From: Macrostomum lignano
Taxonomy: Eukaryota
NCBI GenBank assembly: GCA_002269645.1
Contig: NIVC01000854.1
Span: 365,183 to 429,182, forward strand
Direction: 5' to 3'
Length of the DNA: 64,000 nt
Shown here: positions 1 to 12,100 of the stretch, one piece after another
How the letters are laid out: each line of letters begins with the position of its first letter
Numbering within the stretch: position 1 is the first letter of the stretch
Made by a program: the position numbers and the translations under genes
The notes under the pieces: generated by a model
Database searches by the model: none
Seen by the model: only the letters and a program-made list of their open reading frames with translations
What the model was told of the DNA's origin: nothing

Positions 1-256
1 TCTCTTCGCTTGATCCATCTTTGGTACGTGTGCACGCGATTTGAAGGTTAGATTGCTGGGCGTGTGAACGCGCCTTGATTACCTGCCACAGAGTCGGACC
101 GAAGGCGGTTCCTATCGGCTAGAAAAATCGCTTCTGATGGGGGTTCTGATACCTCTGGGGGTATCGGGTTCTGATGGCACCTGACCGATATGTAAAAAAA
201 GACAGCGAAAAATGTAAATTGTTCCAGCCACAATCAGATGCCTCTCTTTGCATCTT

Positions 257-345
257 CTCCCGCAGTCTTGTCAGGTCTCCCGCAGTCTTGTCAGGTCTCC
301 CGCAGTCTTGTCAGGCCTCCCGCAGTCTTGTCAGGCCTCCCGCAG
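257..345. repeat. 20-bp tandem repeat (CTCCCGCAGTCTTGTCAGGY), about 4.5 copies, upstream of the GPCR
   Basis: Read directly from the sequence. Confidence 0.9.
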
Positions 346-545
346 CCATATCGAATCCAACACCGATTGGCTACCTGCAGATGAGCAGCTGCAGTTAGAG
401 ATCTCAAATCTTCAAGTCGTCCTATGCAGGTGAGACTCCCCGGGTCGGCCTTGGATTGGCTGGAAATCGCTGCATTGCCGCAGCTTAAATTCTGCAGCCG
501 AGGCTTCCCAACAGCAGCAAGAAACAGAAGAGGCGCACTTGAATC

Positions 546-1775
546 ATGACAATGTTCCAGCTAGTGCTGCTCAGCCCAGGTGACAACTCAAGCAACAGCA
601 GCAATATCTCCTGCGACGGAACTGCCGGCAGCGCCGATCCAGTTGGGCCGAATGCGCTGCTATTCAAGTCGGTATTTGTGGCCCTCGGCGCCCTGAATCT
701 GGTCCTCAATAGTCTCTCTGCCGTTATCTTCCTGTGCCAGCGAAAACAGAAAGGCCGCCTGATCCGCCTGCTGCTGCTTCTACTCTCCTTCACAGAGGTC
801 GCTGCGAGCTTCGCGATGTCCAGCGTTGAGGCCAGTCGTATCGCTTTGGAGATTCGCCGCAACGATATAGTGTACAACTCGCCGGAGGCGGCACGCCGAC
901 TCGTGCAGTTTCTGGCCGTCACCTGGGCGCTGGCCAACGCCGCCCTGCTAGCCAGAAACTGGTGCGTCGTGCTCATCGCTGTTAGCCGCTGTGAAGCCGT
1001 GGTTCGCCCGTTCTCGCGCAACACCGGCCGTCGCTGCGGGCCTCGAACCGTGATAGCGGCATTCGTTATTATCAGCGTCACGGCTGCAATCCTCAGCGCG
1101 CCGAAGGCCTTTCAGGAGCTTTATTATCTGTGCCTCAGTGAGGGGCAGCTGCGTATCGTCGGCAGGGACTTCCAACCGCCGTTTCCGCACTACGGCGAGT
1201 TTTATTTGGGCACGGTGTTCTGCCAGGCCGTGCTGCCAGTCCTGATTGTCGGCGTCGCCACCGCGGCGATGACACTGGGCCTCCGGGCTCATCAGAGGCG
1301 CTCCGGACTCGCGTCAAGTCGAGCCCACTGCAAGGCCACGCGAATGATCCAGCTGCTGCTTGGAGTCTTCGTGTGCCTGGAGATGCCGATGTTCGTTACC
1401 GTCTTACTCGGCATCATGACGAAGAACGACAGCTCGGGCTGGGACGCCTTCATGTTTTACGCCGTTGAGGTGTCGAACCTGTGCATCAATCTGGACTCCA
1501 CGTGCAACTTTGCGGTCTACATGAAAACCAACTGGGCGTTTCGTTCAGCCGTTCTGCGCCGCTCTCTGCAAACTCGGGGTCCGCTGGGATACACTGGCGG
1601 CCTGCGCGGCTCCTCCTACCAGGCTGGTGGCGCCGCCACGTTGAACAGCCAGAGGGCGAACGCCATTCGCCGCTTTAACAACTCGCGCAGCAGCTCATCG
1701 TTGATGACTTCGGAGCAGCTCCGACTGCAGCGGCAGCGACAGATCGTGCTGACGGCCGGTCAGGCTAAAGATTGA
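546..1775 (+). CDS. Intronless rhodopsin-like (class A) 7TM GPCR, invertebrate peptide-receptor/orphan type, 409 aa
   Basis: Seven hydrophobic segments; N-terminal sequons NSS/NSS/NIS; TM3 end LIAVSRCEAVVRP (DRY equivalent); TM5 FCQAVLP; TM6 FVCLEMP; TM7 NLDSTCNFAVY (NFxxY for NPxxY). GC-rich codon usage against an AT-rich 3' flank. Confidence 0.88.
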   Translation: MTMFQLVLLSPGDNSSNSSNISCDGTAGSADPVGPNALLFKSVFVALGALNLVLNSLSAVIFLCQRKQKGRLIRLLLLLLSFTEVAASFAMSSVEASRIALEIRRNDIVYNSPEAARRLVQFLAVTWALANAALLARNWCVVLIAVSRCEAVVRPFSRNTGRRCGPRTVIAAFVIISVTAAILSAPKAFQELYYLCLSEGQLRIVGRDFQPPFPHYGEFYLGTVFCQAVLPVLIVGVATAAMTLGLRAHQRRSGLASSRAHCKATRMIQLLLGVFVCLEMPMFVTVLLGIMTKNDSSGWDAFMFYAVEVSNLCINLDSTCNFAVYMKTNWAFRSAVLRRSLQTRGPLGYTGGLRGSSYQAGGAATLNSQRANAIRRFNNSRSSSSLMTSEQLRLQRQRQIVLTAGQAKD

Positions 1776-3535
1776 GCTGATGTTGCTGAACAACGTCACG
1801 GCGCTCTAAGAATTCTCTATAAAATAGATCAATCAAAAGCTATTTTCCAGAATGACGATTAGGTATGATATTATTGTCATATTATTTTAATAATATATTA
1901 TTTTCGATATTATTTTCATCGCTATTTTTTTCTCTAAAAATTGTCTGCGTTTTGGAAGCAAAGCAGTGTAAGTTTTTTTTTCAAATGTGAATTATAAAAA
2001 TATCTATATCTAAGCTTAACAAATGAAAAAATAACGAGTTCCTTTCTCGGTCTCTTTATGCTTTAATTTTGTAAGTCACGGAATTATCCTTGTTCGTTAA
2101 CTATTGTCGCAGCCTTCATATACAAAAGAAAAAATTCTACATCAAGGATGTCGGAAATTTTGGGGAAGCTTTCATGCTCAACACTTACCAAGACGGTCTC
2201 TAGAGCCTGAACTACTCTACCTAGCAACTCGAAATGGCAGGTCCGCATAATTACTGAGCACTCCACTGCAATCATGTCTTGTCCAAAGCGTGAGCTCAAG
2301 ATGGCGTGCTAAATAAGACATTCAAATTTTACAATGCCACGCTGTGTGGGATTGAGCGCACTGACCAAAACGTAGGCAGTATATAGGCCTTAGGCCAAAC
2401 TGCGTCTTCAATACTTTTAAATAGGATTCGTTATCACTTAGCTGACAAATTAGCTCCAGCAGAATCTACTTCCTGGCATCTCTACCTCTGTGCTCATTAC
2501 CGTAGCGGAACTTAATCTTCTTTTCCTACTGTAACCCTCTTTGAGTTAGAAGATGAAAGTGCTTGAGAACCTGACCACACGCTTTTAGGGAAATCCGCAG
2601 ATCCGTGATAGCATCCTCTGTTTTCTGTAGCCTCCCTTCCCGCCGATGGCTTCTGCTGGGAAGTCTAAAAAATTCTAGAAGCAAAAACTTCTGCCGTGCG
2701 AATGATACGGCTAAGAAACTGATTAAATCGTTTGATGGACACGTGCGCATCAGCTAGTAGCTCGTACAGTACGTGTACAAAGGAGTTTATAAGCTGGGAA
2801 ATTGGAAAAAATTGCTTAGTGGTAATACTTGAAGGACTCGCATTTAAGTACCTGGGTGCGAGCCCTTAGTACCTGTCACTATAATCCTGACCACTGAGTT
2901 TGCCCGGGTCTTTTGTGCTATTCTCGCCCACGATCGCCAACTCCCGTGGTATTCCCAAACTGACTGCGTCAGTTCATTTGGATCTTTACCATAGACTATA
3001 GGCTGATCTGTATACACGATTTGATGCACCTTCTATATTTGGAGAGTCAGAGCTTAACCATAGACTATGATGAATAGTCTATAGATCATACTCTATAGAT
3101 TAAGACTATGGTAGAAAGTATTTCAGTTTTGCTCCTGATATGGTTATCTGATTTAATTCTCCTCAAAAGTGGCGACTTTTTCCATAGACTACGGATTTCA
3201 GGCTCAGAATGAATCAATTAGATAACCATTTAATACGCAGTGGTAATATCTATATTATGTATAGAAATACACATTCGCCAAAAGAAGCATTACGATTTCT
3301 TGGCCGTCAGAATGCAACAACTCCAAAGGTACTAATTACTTGCGAACGTAAAAAGCGCTCGATTTTCCTAACTGTGCTCTTTCGATTAATCAGAGAAATT
3401 CCATGGGCTGTTAATTTATGAGGCGACTTCCGTGTCTTAAGGGCAGAGTTTCGACGAAATAATCCTACAAAATTCCTTTTTTTTCCAGGGTCTGAATCCG
3501 AGTAATTGATCCCAAATTAATTTGATTAATCATGA

Positions 3536-4459
3536 AATATAGCTTTTTGCAAGCCATTTAATGCTACTAGCAAGCAATTTAATAATCAGTGGGGAAAACC
3601 AATGCTAAAAGATAGATTTCTCAGTACTCTGTGGTCCAAACCATGGGCTTTGGAAGAACCAATTTAATAATCCGAGCATCCAAATAGTCATTTAGATCGA
3701 CTTGCGTCGCATTTAAGCACTGCATCAGGGTAGACAAAACAATAAAGCACAAGCAGCCTGAGAAAGAAGACAGAACACAGCTAAACCGACAACTGGGCTG
3801 AAAATTAGCAAAAGCGGGTCAGTGAAATGAAGTGCCTTGTCGACGCCTTCACATTATTGACCGAGTTCTCGATGAACACCTGGAATAGGTCGGCAGTCAG
3901 TGTCTGGCTCACGATTTTATGGTGAACCAGGCCAAGATCCGGTGAAACCTGGATGATTTTCATCAACACAGATCAGATGACATTCTGGGGTCAAATAAGT
4001 CAGCCACTGGGGGGAATTCCTGCCTCCGTGCTGTGTTTTCTGGCGAGTTCCGAACCACCGGCATGTCTGTATCTCTTCCCAAGCACTTCAAAGTTATCAA
4101 CTGCTTGTCTAGGTTTTTGCTTATTGCGGCTTCAGTCAAGACCATTCAAGACCATGGCAAACTTTTTAGCGTGGACAGTGGAGACACGGTGCTGCATGAT
4201 CTTGCTCTTCTAGCGCTTCATCAGCGGTGGCAAAGCTTCCTCCGACTTCTTCCAAAACCTCGCTGGCTTCCTCGTCTTCTACCATGTTGAATGCGTGCGT
4301 CTATTTGCAGTCAATGCGACACAAGTAACACTGGATGTCTATGGTAAAATCTCTGGTTTGGACCATAGAGTACTGAGAAATCTGTCTAGAGCACTGGGTT
4401 TCCCCACTGATTATTAAATTGCTTGCTCTAATATCAAATAGCTAGCAAAAAGCTATATT
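3536..4459. mobile_element. Non-autonomous TIR element with about 105-bp imperfect terminal inverted repeats
   Basis: 3536-3642 (aatatagctttttgc...ctcagtactctgtggtccaaacca) is the reverse complement of 4355-4459 with scattered mismatches; GC-richer interior; no transposase recognised. Confidence 0.7.
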
Positions 4460-7400
4460 ATTAGCTTATCAATACAGTCTCGGTAAATTATGCTGATTTA
4501 AAATCGCCTGACCGGTTGCAGTGCTCGGTGCATCTGAGTACAATCTAAAATGCAACTCCTTGTTCGATCACACACGAGATCCGTCTTACGCTCTTAGCTG
4601 CAAAATTGCATTAGCAGCTAACTGTCCCTTTGATGCAGGGCCTACCAACAACTCCCAATCGACCCCTTGGTATCTGGTATTGGTAGCAACTATCCATGAG
4701 CCACAGCGTTCCAGCGATTCCCTCATTAAGCCTTGACATCTCAGCAATTCGACCATGAGCATAATTTTAATTTTAATTTTAGATTATTTTTCGTCTTCAG
4801 TTTTTGATAATTTTTTCAGACATCAAATAGATCAAACGGCGAATAACATCGAAATATCAAAAGGGTAAATAAATTTCAACTGATAAATTTAGCAAGCAGT
4901 CTGTAATGTTATTGATATTTTCAGTATCGTGGGTAGAAAGCACGAGCATTTAAACTTTTGGGCAGCGTGAGTTAGGGGCTGATTATGGTCGCTGATTATT
5001 AATTTATTAATTTTTCTGTACTAAAGATATAATGCATCCATTGAATTGTACATTGGGCCTTTGTTTTACCGTCTTCAAAAACTTCAATTTAATCCAGGTG
5101 TTATGAATTGAGTGACGTTTTGAGTGAGTGCACGGCTATTGAGAATGAAGTGTTGCAAAATGGCGGGTACTTTTTACGCTATCGCTTCTGGGTGCTCAAT
5201 GTAAATTCAATGCGTCATCACGAACTAAAATCACTGCATTCCCATTTTCTTTCGGCTATTTGTAGCTGGCGAATTTCATGCAGCTACAATGACGCGAGGC
5301 GGAGAACTCGAATTCCGTCAGTCATTTCTCAAATTACTTTAAAAATAACTTGCACACCGATTTGAGATTTGATATTAAATTTCAATTCGGAATTCGAGTA
5401 CTTCTAGTGCATTAAGAAGTAATACGAGTATAAGCTATATATTAAGCGACTGAGGGCAAACAATCGACCATAAAACATCATGACTAGAATGTTCAGCAGA
5501 TCTCTGAAAATTTAACCGCCTAACAGCGCAACAATGGTAAGTTCAAAAATCCTCAGACAGACTCGTATAACATTTGCGAGTTCCAGTTCGCCAGTTTTTA
5601 CGAAGCAACAAAAATTTATTGTTATAATGCAACTGTGGTCACTTTTTCTGACTAATCCCAAGATGTGAGCGTAAGTAGATCTTCTCGTTTTGTAAAATTA
5701 TCGCCTGAGCGGCATGCGTTTATATAAAAAGTACGACGTAACATGAATAATTGCAGTTGTAGTGAATGTTTGAACCCCAAACCCAACAACCAGCCGAAAT
5801 AATAGCTACCAGGGGGTGGCTTAAGTCCTTACCGGTCCGACCGCTAGCAACCGAGAAGCTCCCGGCTAAAGCCCTGGCCTGGAAAAACCTGAGGTTCTAC
5901 ACTGGGTCCTTGAGGAAGACAGGAAGGCTGTCTCCGGAGCCTGCGGACTGGCCTTGTTAAAGCCAGAGGGTGATACCTGTTCCTCAGAGCGGTGGCCAGA
6001 GGTACTTGATACGCACAGGTTCACTTCTGGGCAGAGCCCGTACCCAATACGGCCGGGACAGAAAGGCCACGGATGGGTTGCCTTAAGCACATTCGGGGCG
6101 TGAACCCCTGGATCGGCTTGCGAGTCAGCTTGGAGAGAGTTCTCCTGCCATTCCTGCACCAGAATAGAGGGGGTGCAGGTGTGTAGGATCGCAGACCTTA
6201 GCTCGTAAGCCTGGTCTGTCTCTTACTACAGAGGCATGCCGAGCTTACCATTGGGTGCTCGGTGGACGTCGCAAGGAGTAAAAAGAATTGAGCGGGCACA
6301 GTGTTACTTAGTTCCCGGATATACACTGTCAGGCTTATAGCATGTTCGATATGAGAGAAAGCACCCTCAATTCTTCCTTTCGATTCTTCAGGCACAAATA
6401 TAGATAGTCCTTTGTCTTTTACTGAAGGTACCGCTCATTTAGTGTTTATTAAAACATGTTTTCAACAGAAGTTATCTGATTCTGGGTGCCAATTTATTGC
6501 CAACAGAATTCTTGAATATCGTTTTAGGAACAGACGGCACTAATGCGTTAAATCGATTCTAATCAGTGAGAATTCAGGCTCAGTGAGTTATGATAAATTG
6601 AAATCCCCAATCCCAAGGCTATAGCACAGATTAAATGCTAAGCTTGAATCGAAAATATTTTTTGAACTTTTGTTAAGCTGCTAGGCTAGAAAACAACAGC
6701 GAAATTTACGAATGGAAAAACATCAGCTCCGTTTATAATGTTTTGGGCGGTTATAAAGATAAATATAATCTTGAATTGATATTTAGCTATCTCAATTTAA
6801 ATGATACCTATATCGAAATATTTATGATTCTTTTCATTCTTAGCATTCATTCTTATCATTTTAAATCCTAATTTTCTAATTAAAAACCTGTATGTTATCA
6901 ATATAGAGCTATAAGAAAGGCAAGGCATATCAAAAGATGAACATTGGGTCCCCCTTCTATCAAAAGCAATAACTAATTTTGCGCTGAAAATGACTTTTGA
7001 ATAAAATGACCAAAATAAACTAGGTTAACTTTATTGGAAGTAAGAAATATGCCACTTTTAGGTTGAATAGCAAGTTTATCATGTTATATTTTTCCTCAAA
7101 CGCTTCTGGAAACCGTCATGCCAGCAAAGTTCATCAAACTTCTATTGTTCCTATTGTATCTTATTGTACTTAAGAATACTTTCCTTCTACCTGTCGATTC
7201 TGTAGTCGAAACGAGACAGAGGACTTTCCTCAGCTACCGCCATTTGACTGTCACAATTCGATTGCCAGTGAATGCAGCTGATACAATAAACTTTGATCGT
7301 CCAGGCCGATTATCAGCATTTAAATATCGGCAGTCAGATTGCAGGCAGTTTGAGACGCTCATTATGCACACCCTTGTTTTCAAGTTCAACTGCAAGTGGT

Positions 7401-9139
7401 ACTCAAACACTGAAATGGCAAAACATTTGCGAGTAGCGCAACAGAGATTGCGTTCCCAAATTTCTTGTCTCACGTGATTCAACGCCTTTCTTATCTGGTT
7501 ACGATTCAGATAAATTATCCTTTTAAAGATGGGTCATAAGTTGACCCCACCTTACGCTTAACTCCCTTTTTACGTCCATCCATGGTTTTTTGAAATCATC
7601 ATGACAGAACCCCTTTGCCGCGAGAAAAGGGACGCTCGGAAAGGGATTTTATTTTAACGCGTCACGTGCATGATACGTGACGTGACTTCTCTGAAATCAG
7701 AAACTTTTGCCATGCCTTCGTGAACAGGTGTGTGGTCTCCCCTCGCTTCGATATCCACTTTCGAATAGCGGTAGTATTGTCATCCTCTTTGTACCCACTA
7801 CTCTCCATTAATCTACTTCTTGCCTATCGGATGAAAACTGATCCCCTTGAATAAACTTGAACTCACACCCACCTGCTTTGCTTGGTAATCCATCTCTAAT
7901 CCCAATCTAATCTGAGAGCAATCCCTAAATCATCCGCCGCGACCTCGCAACCAGCCGAAGTCCTCATCAGACTGACTATCCGGGGTCCTCAAGGCTGGCT
8001 TTGAGTCCTTTCTCATTAGCAGGAGTTTGTTTGGGTGTGCATGTATTTCTGTGCTGGTGACTGGTGGTCATGCTTCTGGCATGTACCTTCAAATGTCCCC
8101 TAGTGCCACTAGTTTAGCATATATTGGGACCTTGGCCACTCCGGTGCATCCGAACCAGGTCGCAGCATGGGGCTAGGTGAATATGTCTTGGAAGCTAAGC
8201 ACGATGGTTGTACTACTTTTAGCACCAGAACGGAAAGCCAGGATCGGTACGGTCGCACGGTGGTTGCGTTGCGATATCGAAGGCAATGACGTGAAATTTT
8301 GAATACGAGCTACTCTACGGGGCAAGTCCTGGTCGCACGGGTTAGAAGAAACCCTAGCTGATATAGCATCAGCTAGTCAGTGGAGATACGTTAGCTCTTA
8401 TAAAAATGCAAGCGTTCCTGTTATTTCTGCTTTTCGATCTATCTAAGCAGACAACTCATTTTATCTGAAATCAATTTTCAGAACACACAGAAATCTTGCT
8501 ACCATTGTCAAAGTGCGAGGAAAACTACTTTTAGTAGTCAAAAGTAGTTTGATATTTTAATTTTTTAATTTTACATTACAAATGTTATAATTGTTATAAA
8601 TTCCTTGTCGAATTCTAGTTTGAGAACAGTGGCAGCTCTTTACCTTCTTTTGACGTTTTATGTAAGATCAGAGTTATGTATCCAGAAAAGAAATGTTGTA
8701 ATTCTTCATTCATTCCTGGTGGTGCAAAAGATGCATTAAAACTAATAATGAGTAAAAAATCACACCGAAATTCAGACTCTTAACAACAATGAGGTATAAC
8801 GGGCGTTAGCCAGCAAGCAAATCAGTCAGCAAGTTATGATTTCCCTGTCAAATATCGTCGTTGACTATATCCTTTTCCTACATCAGACCTGAGCACACTA
8901 GGCAAGGAAATTCTTGCGCTACAACAGAAGAAGAAACCAATAGCAGCAGGCTCTTGATAAGTCTCAGGGCTCACTTGTCAGCGATAGTCTTCTTCCCCGT
9001 TGCTAGGGGCAATAACAGAAAAACAGTCGAGAAGAGAAGGGGGAAGACTTTACAGCTTGATTTATAGCTAGGCACAAGTATCCAAGCAAGGGAGCGGGAG
9101 TTGAGAAAGTTAACGGGTTCTAAGTGGAGAAATAGACAC

Positions 9140-12100
9140 ATGACTTCTAAGATTTCTGCTCGATTCCTGCTTTGGTGGCTCGTGTGCTGCTGCTGCCACG
9201 GTCCGGTCTACCTTGGCTACCGGTGGGATTACGTCAAGATGCCGAACTTCAGGGGCACTGAGTACATCTTCCGCTACCCGATCGACGGCTCCAGCTTATA
9301 CACCGACCTGCGATATACGACTTTTGCCTCTGACTGTTTTAGCTTGACGGAGGAAGGTCACAAGATCTACGCGCCGCTCAACGACACCAGAGCGCTGGAC
9401 GCGTTTACCAAACTATTGGCTGAGAAGTAAGTGAGAGTTGTAAGCCACAGCTTTTTACCATAGACTAAGTCCAGACTAGACCACTCAGGTCGATGGGAAA
9501 CACGCAAATAATGGTGAAAAAAGTAACGATGCTCGTTTTAACTCATCGTCTATGGCCAAGCCTTATACTTCGTACAAACTCCATATAAGCTCGTACTAAA
9601 ACTTGCATTACGTGTCGCCCAGAGAATATCTAGATAAATCTATAATAATATCCATAATCTATCTTCCTATTATCAGTGAGTTTTCCTCACTGAAAGATGC
9701 TTGCAGTGCTAAAAGCCCTTTGATGAAGCAACCATAGATATTCTCTGGATATTCTCTGATGTCTTGATTTCTAAAATATTATTTAATCTCCTGTTACTGT
9801 ATTGACTTCTAGTGGTCCTTGGTCAATTCACACTTGCATTTGATGGTCGGAAAAATGGTTAACTGATTCAGTTCTTAATTATTTGTATAAGGCTTGGCCA
9901 TAGACAGTGCTTTTGAACGAGCCTCATACTTTTTTCACCAAGATTTTGCGAGCTTCCCCTCCTGAGTGATTAAAAAGTCGTTAAAACGCACCAAATGGTG
10001 TTACTTCAATTTGCGTCTATTGGGGTCTGACCGGAGAGCCAAAAATGGACGACAAAGACCAACAACCAACACAATAGTACTACGAGCTACAATATATAAC
10101 TATCAAAAACTTCAGTCAAGCTACTTCTCACAAAAAATATTAGTTGCCTCGGGAAAGCTTAGCAAAAGTGGTCGTTTTTAAATGCTGACAGTAGAAGTCC
10201 CCGTCGTATTCCTGAACGAAACCGACCGATCAATCCCTGTTAGTTTGGATTTTTTAGAAGACTTATTTAGAAGATTTTTTTTCAATTATTACACCAAATC
10301 AATATCTTTATATACTTTTAATTCATACGAAACTGCAACAGCGCCACAGTCAGAATAATTGTGGACGACGAAGAGCTGGCAACCAACTGGACCTACAAGC
10401 CCTATTACTATTATGGAGGAGACCCGGTGCCCCTGGCCTGGAACATGTTCGGACCGACTTTCACCCCGCCAGCTTGGCAGTGGGATAAAAAATCCGTTAC
10501 TAAAAAAATCAATCTGATCGCATTGAAGCGAACTCAGAATTCGTTTATGTACACGGCCGTGTCTACCGATGTGCACATGTACCCGATGTGCGAGTACTTT
10601 CCGCTGCGTGAGTAGCCGCTTATTCTCAAGTTGCTTAATTATTCAATGAGTAGAAAATAATTCCTAGAGCGCGAAAGCTACTGAAATGGTGTTGACAAAG
10701 CTACTGCAATGGGGATGACAGAGCTACTGAAATGGTGTTGACAGAGCTACTGCAATGGGGGTGACAAAGCTACTGCAATGGGGGTGACAAAGCTACTGCA
10801 ATGGGGATGACAGAGCTACTGCAATGAGGTTGACAAAGCTACTGCAATGGGGATGACAGAGCTACTGCAATGAGGTTGACAAAGCTACTGCAATGGGGGT
10901 GACAAAGCTACTGCAATGAGGTTGATAAAGCTACTGCAGTGGGGGTGACAAAGCTACTGCAATGGGGTGACAAAGCTACCGCAGTGGGGGTGACAAAGCT
11001 ACCGCAATGAGGGTGACAAAGCTACCGCAGTGGGGGTGACAAAGCTACCGCAGTGGGGGTGACAAAGCTACTGCAATGAGGGTGACAAAGCTACCGCAGT
11101 GGGGGTGACAAAGCTACCCCAGTGAGGGTGACAAAGCTACCCCAGTGAGGGTGACAAAGCTATCGTAGTGAGGGTGACAGAACTACTGCAAATGATCGAA
11201 TATGGTGATAGGGATGGAGGATAGAGAATGATATTAACAGACCAATCTCATTTAATGTAGGCGGCTGATACTTTTACCTGAAGTCAGTTTCCTATTTCTG
11301 CCACACTGTTCTGTTTAGCTACACAAGAGTTAAAATCTGATTATTCGAAAAATTTGCAGCCAACGGCTCAACTGGAAGCAGCACCTGCAGCCCGGTCACA
11401 TTGGTTGCCAGCATTGACGAAGGGCCGCTGGTGAATCAAAGCTATTGCGTTCATTTTCAAAAGCTGAAACTGGATGACGAGTACGAAAAAGACAAATATA
11501 ACTTGTTCTGCGAGAATCGGACTGGTCGGCCTGCTCAAGCTGAGAGTGCAGAGAAACGACAAAAGATGTGGTGTGTTTCTATTCATACCTTTGGATTCTT
11601 GGTGTACTTTTATCTTATTTTACCTCATCATTTTTATCACAAAAAACCTCACGCCAAACGACAGCTCTTTCTGTCGCTCAAATTCTCTTTTCTGACTTTT
11701 CTGTCTCTTCCATTTCTTATAACGTTTTGGTGGAAGTCTCGTCAAAAATCGAGTCAAAACATTCCACACAGGTGATTCCGATCAAACATTCAAATTCTAG
11801 GCCTCTGATTGAAACTGCTAACAATTTTAGCAAATCGATTTTAATTCATTTAGGGAGTTCCTGAACAACTCTATCCTGCAAAGCCAATCTGTGAACGAAG
11901 GAGACCACCTGATGTTGGCGCTAATGTTCGACACTGGCATGACCAACTGGAGGCATCAGTCCTTCTGCTTGCCGAGAATTCCGTGCCGGTCCAGTCTCAA
12001 CAAAGACATCCTTGATCACGATAAGGAGAAAGGACTGATAGTGATTTCAAAATGGGACAATGGTGATCCAAAAGAAATCAAGGACAAGGAATTTGACGAA

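Noticed and set aside
430-497. Possible 68-nt 5' UTR intron of the GPCR (cag|gtgaga ... ttctgcag|)
   Set aside because: Plausible signals but no independent support.
485-1292. Minus-strand ORFs of 198 and 114 aa
   Set aside because: Antisense shadows of the GC-rich GPCR CDS.
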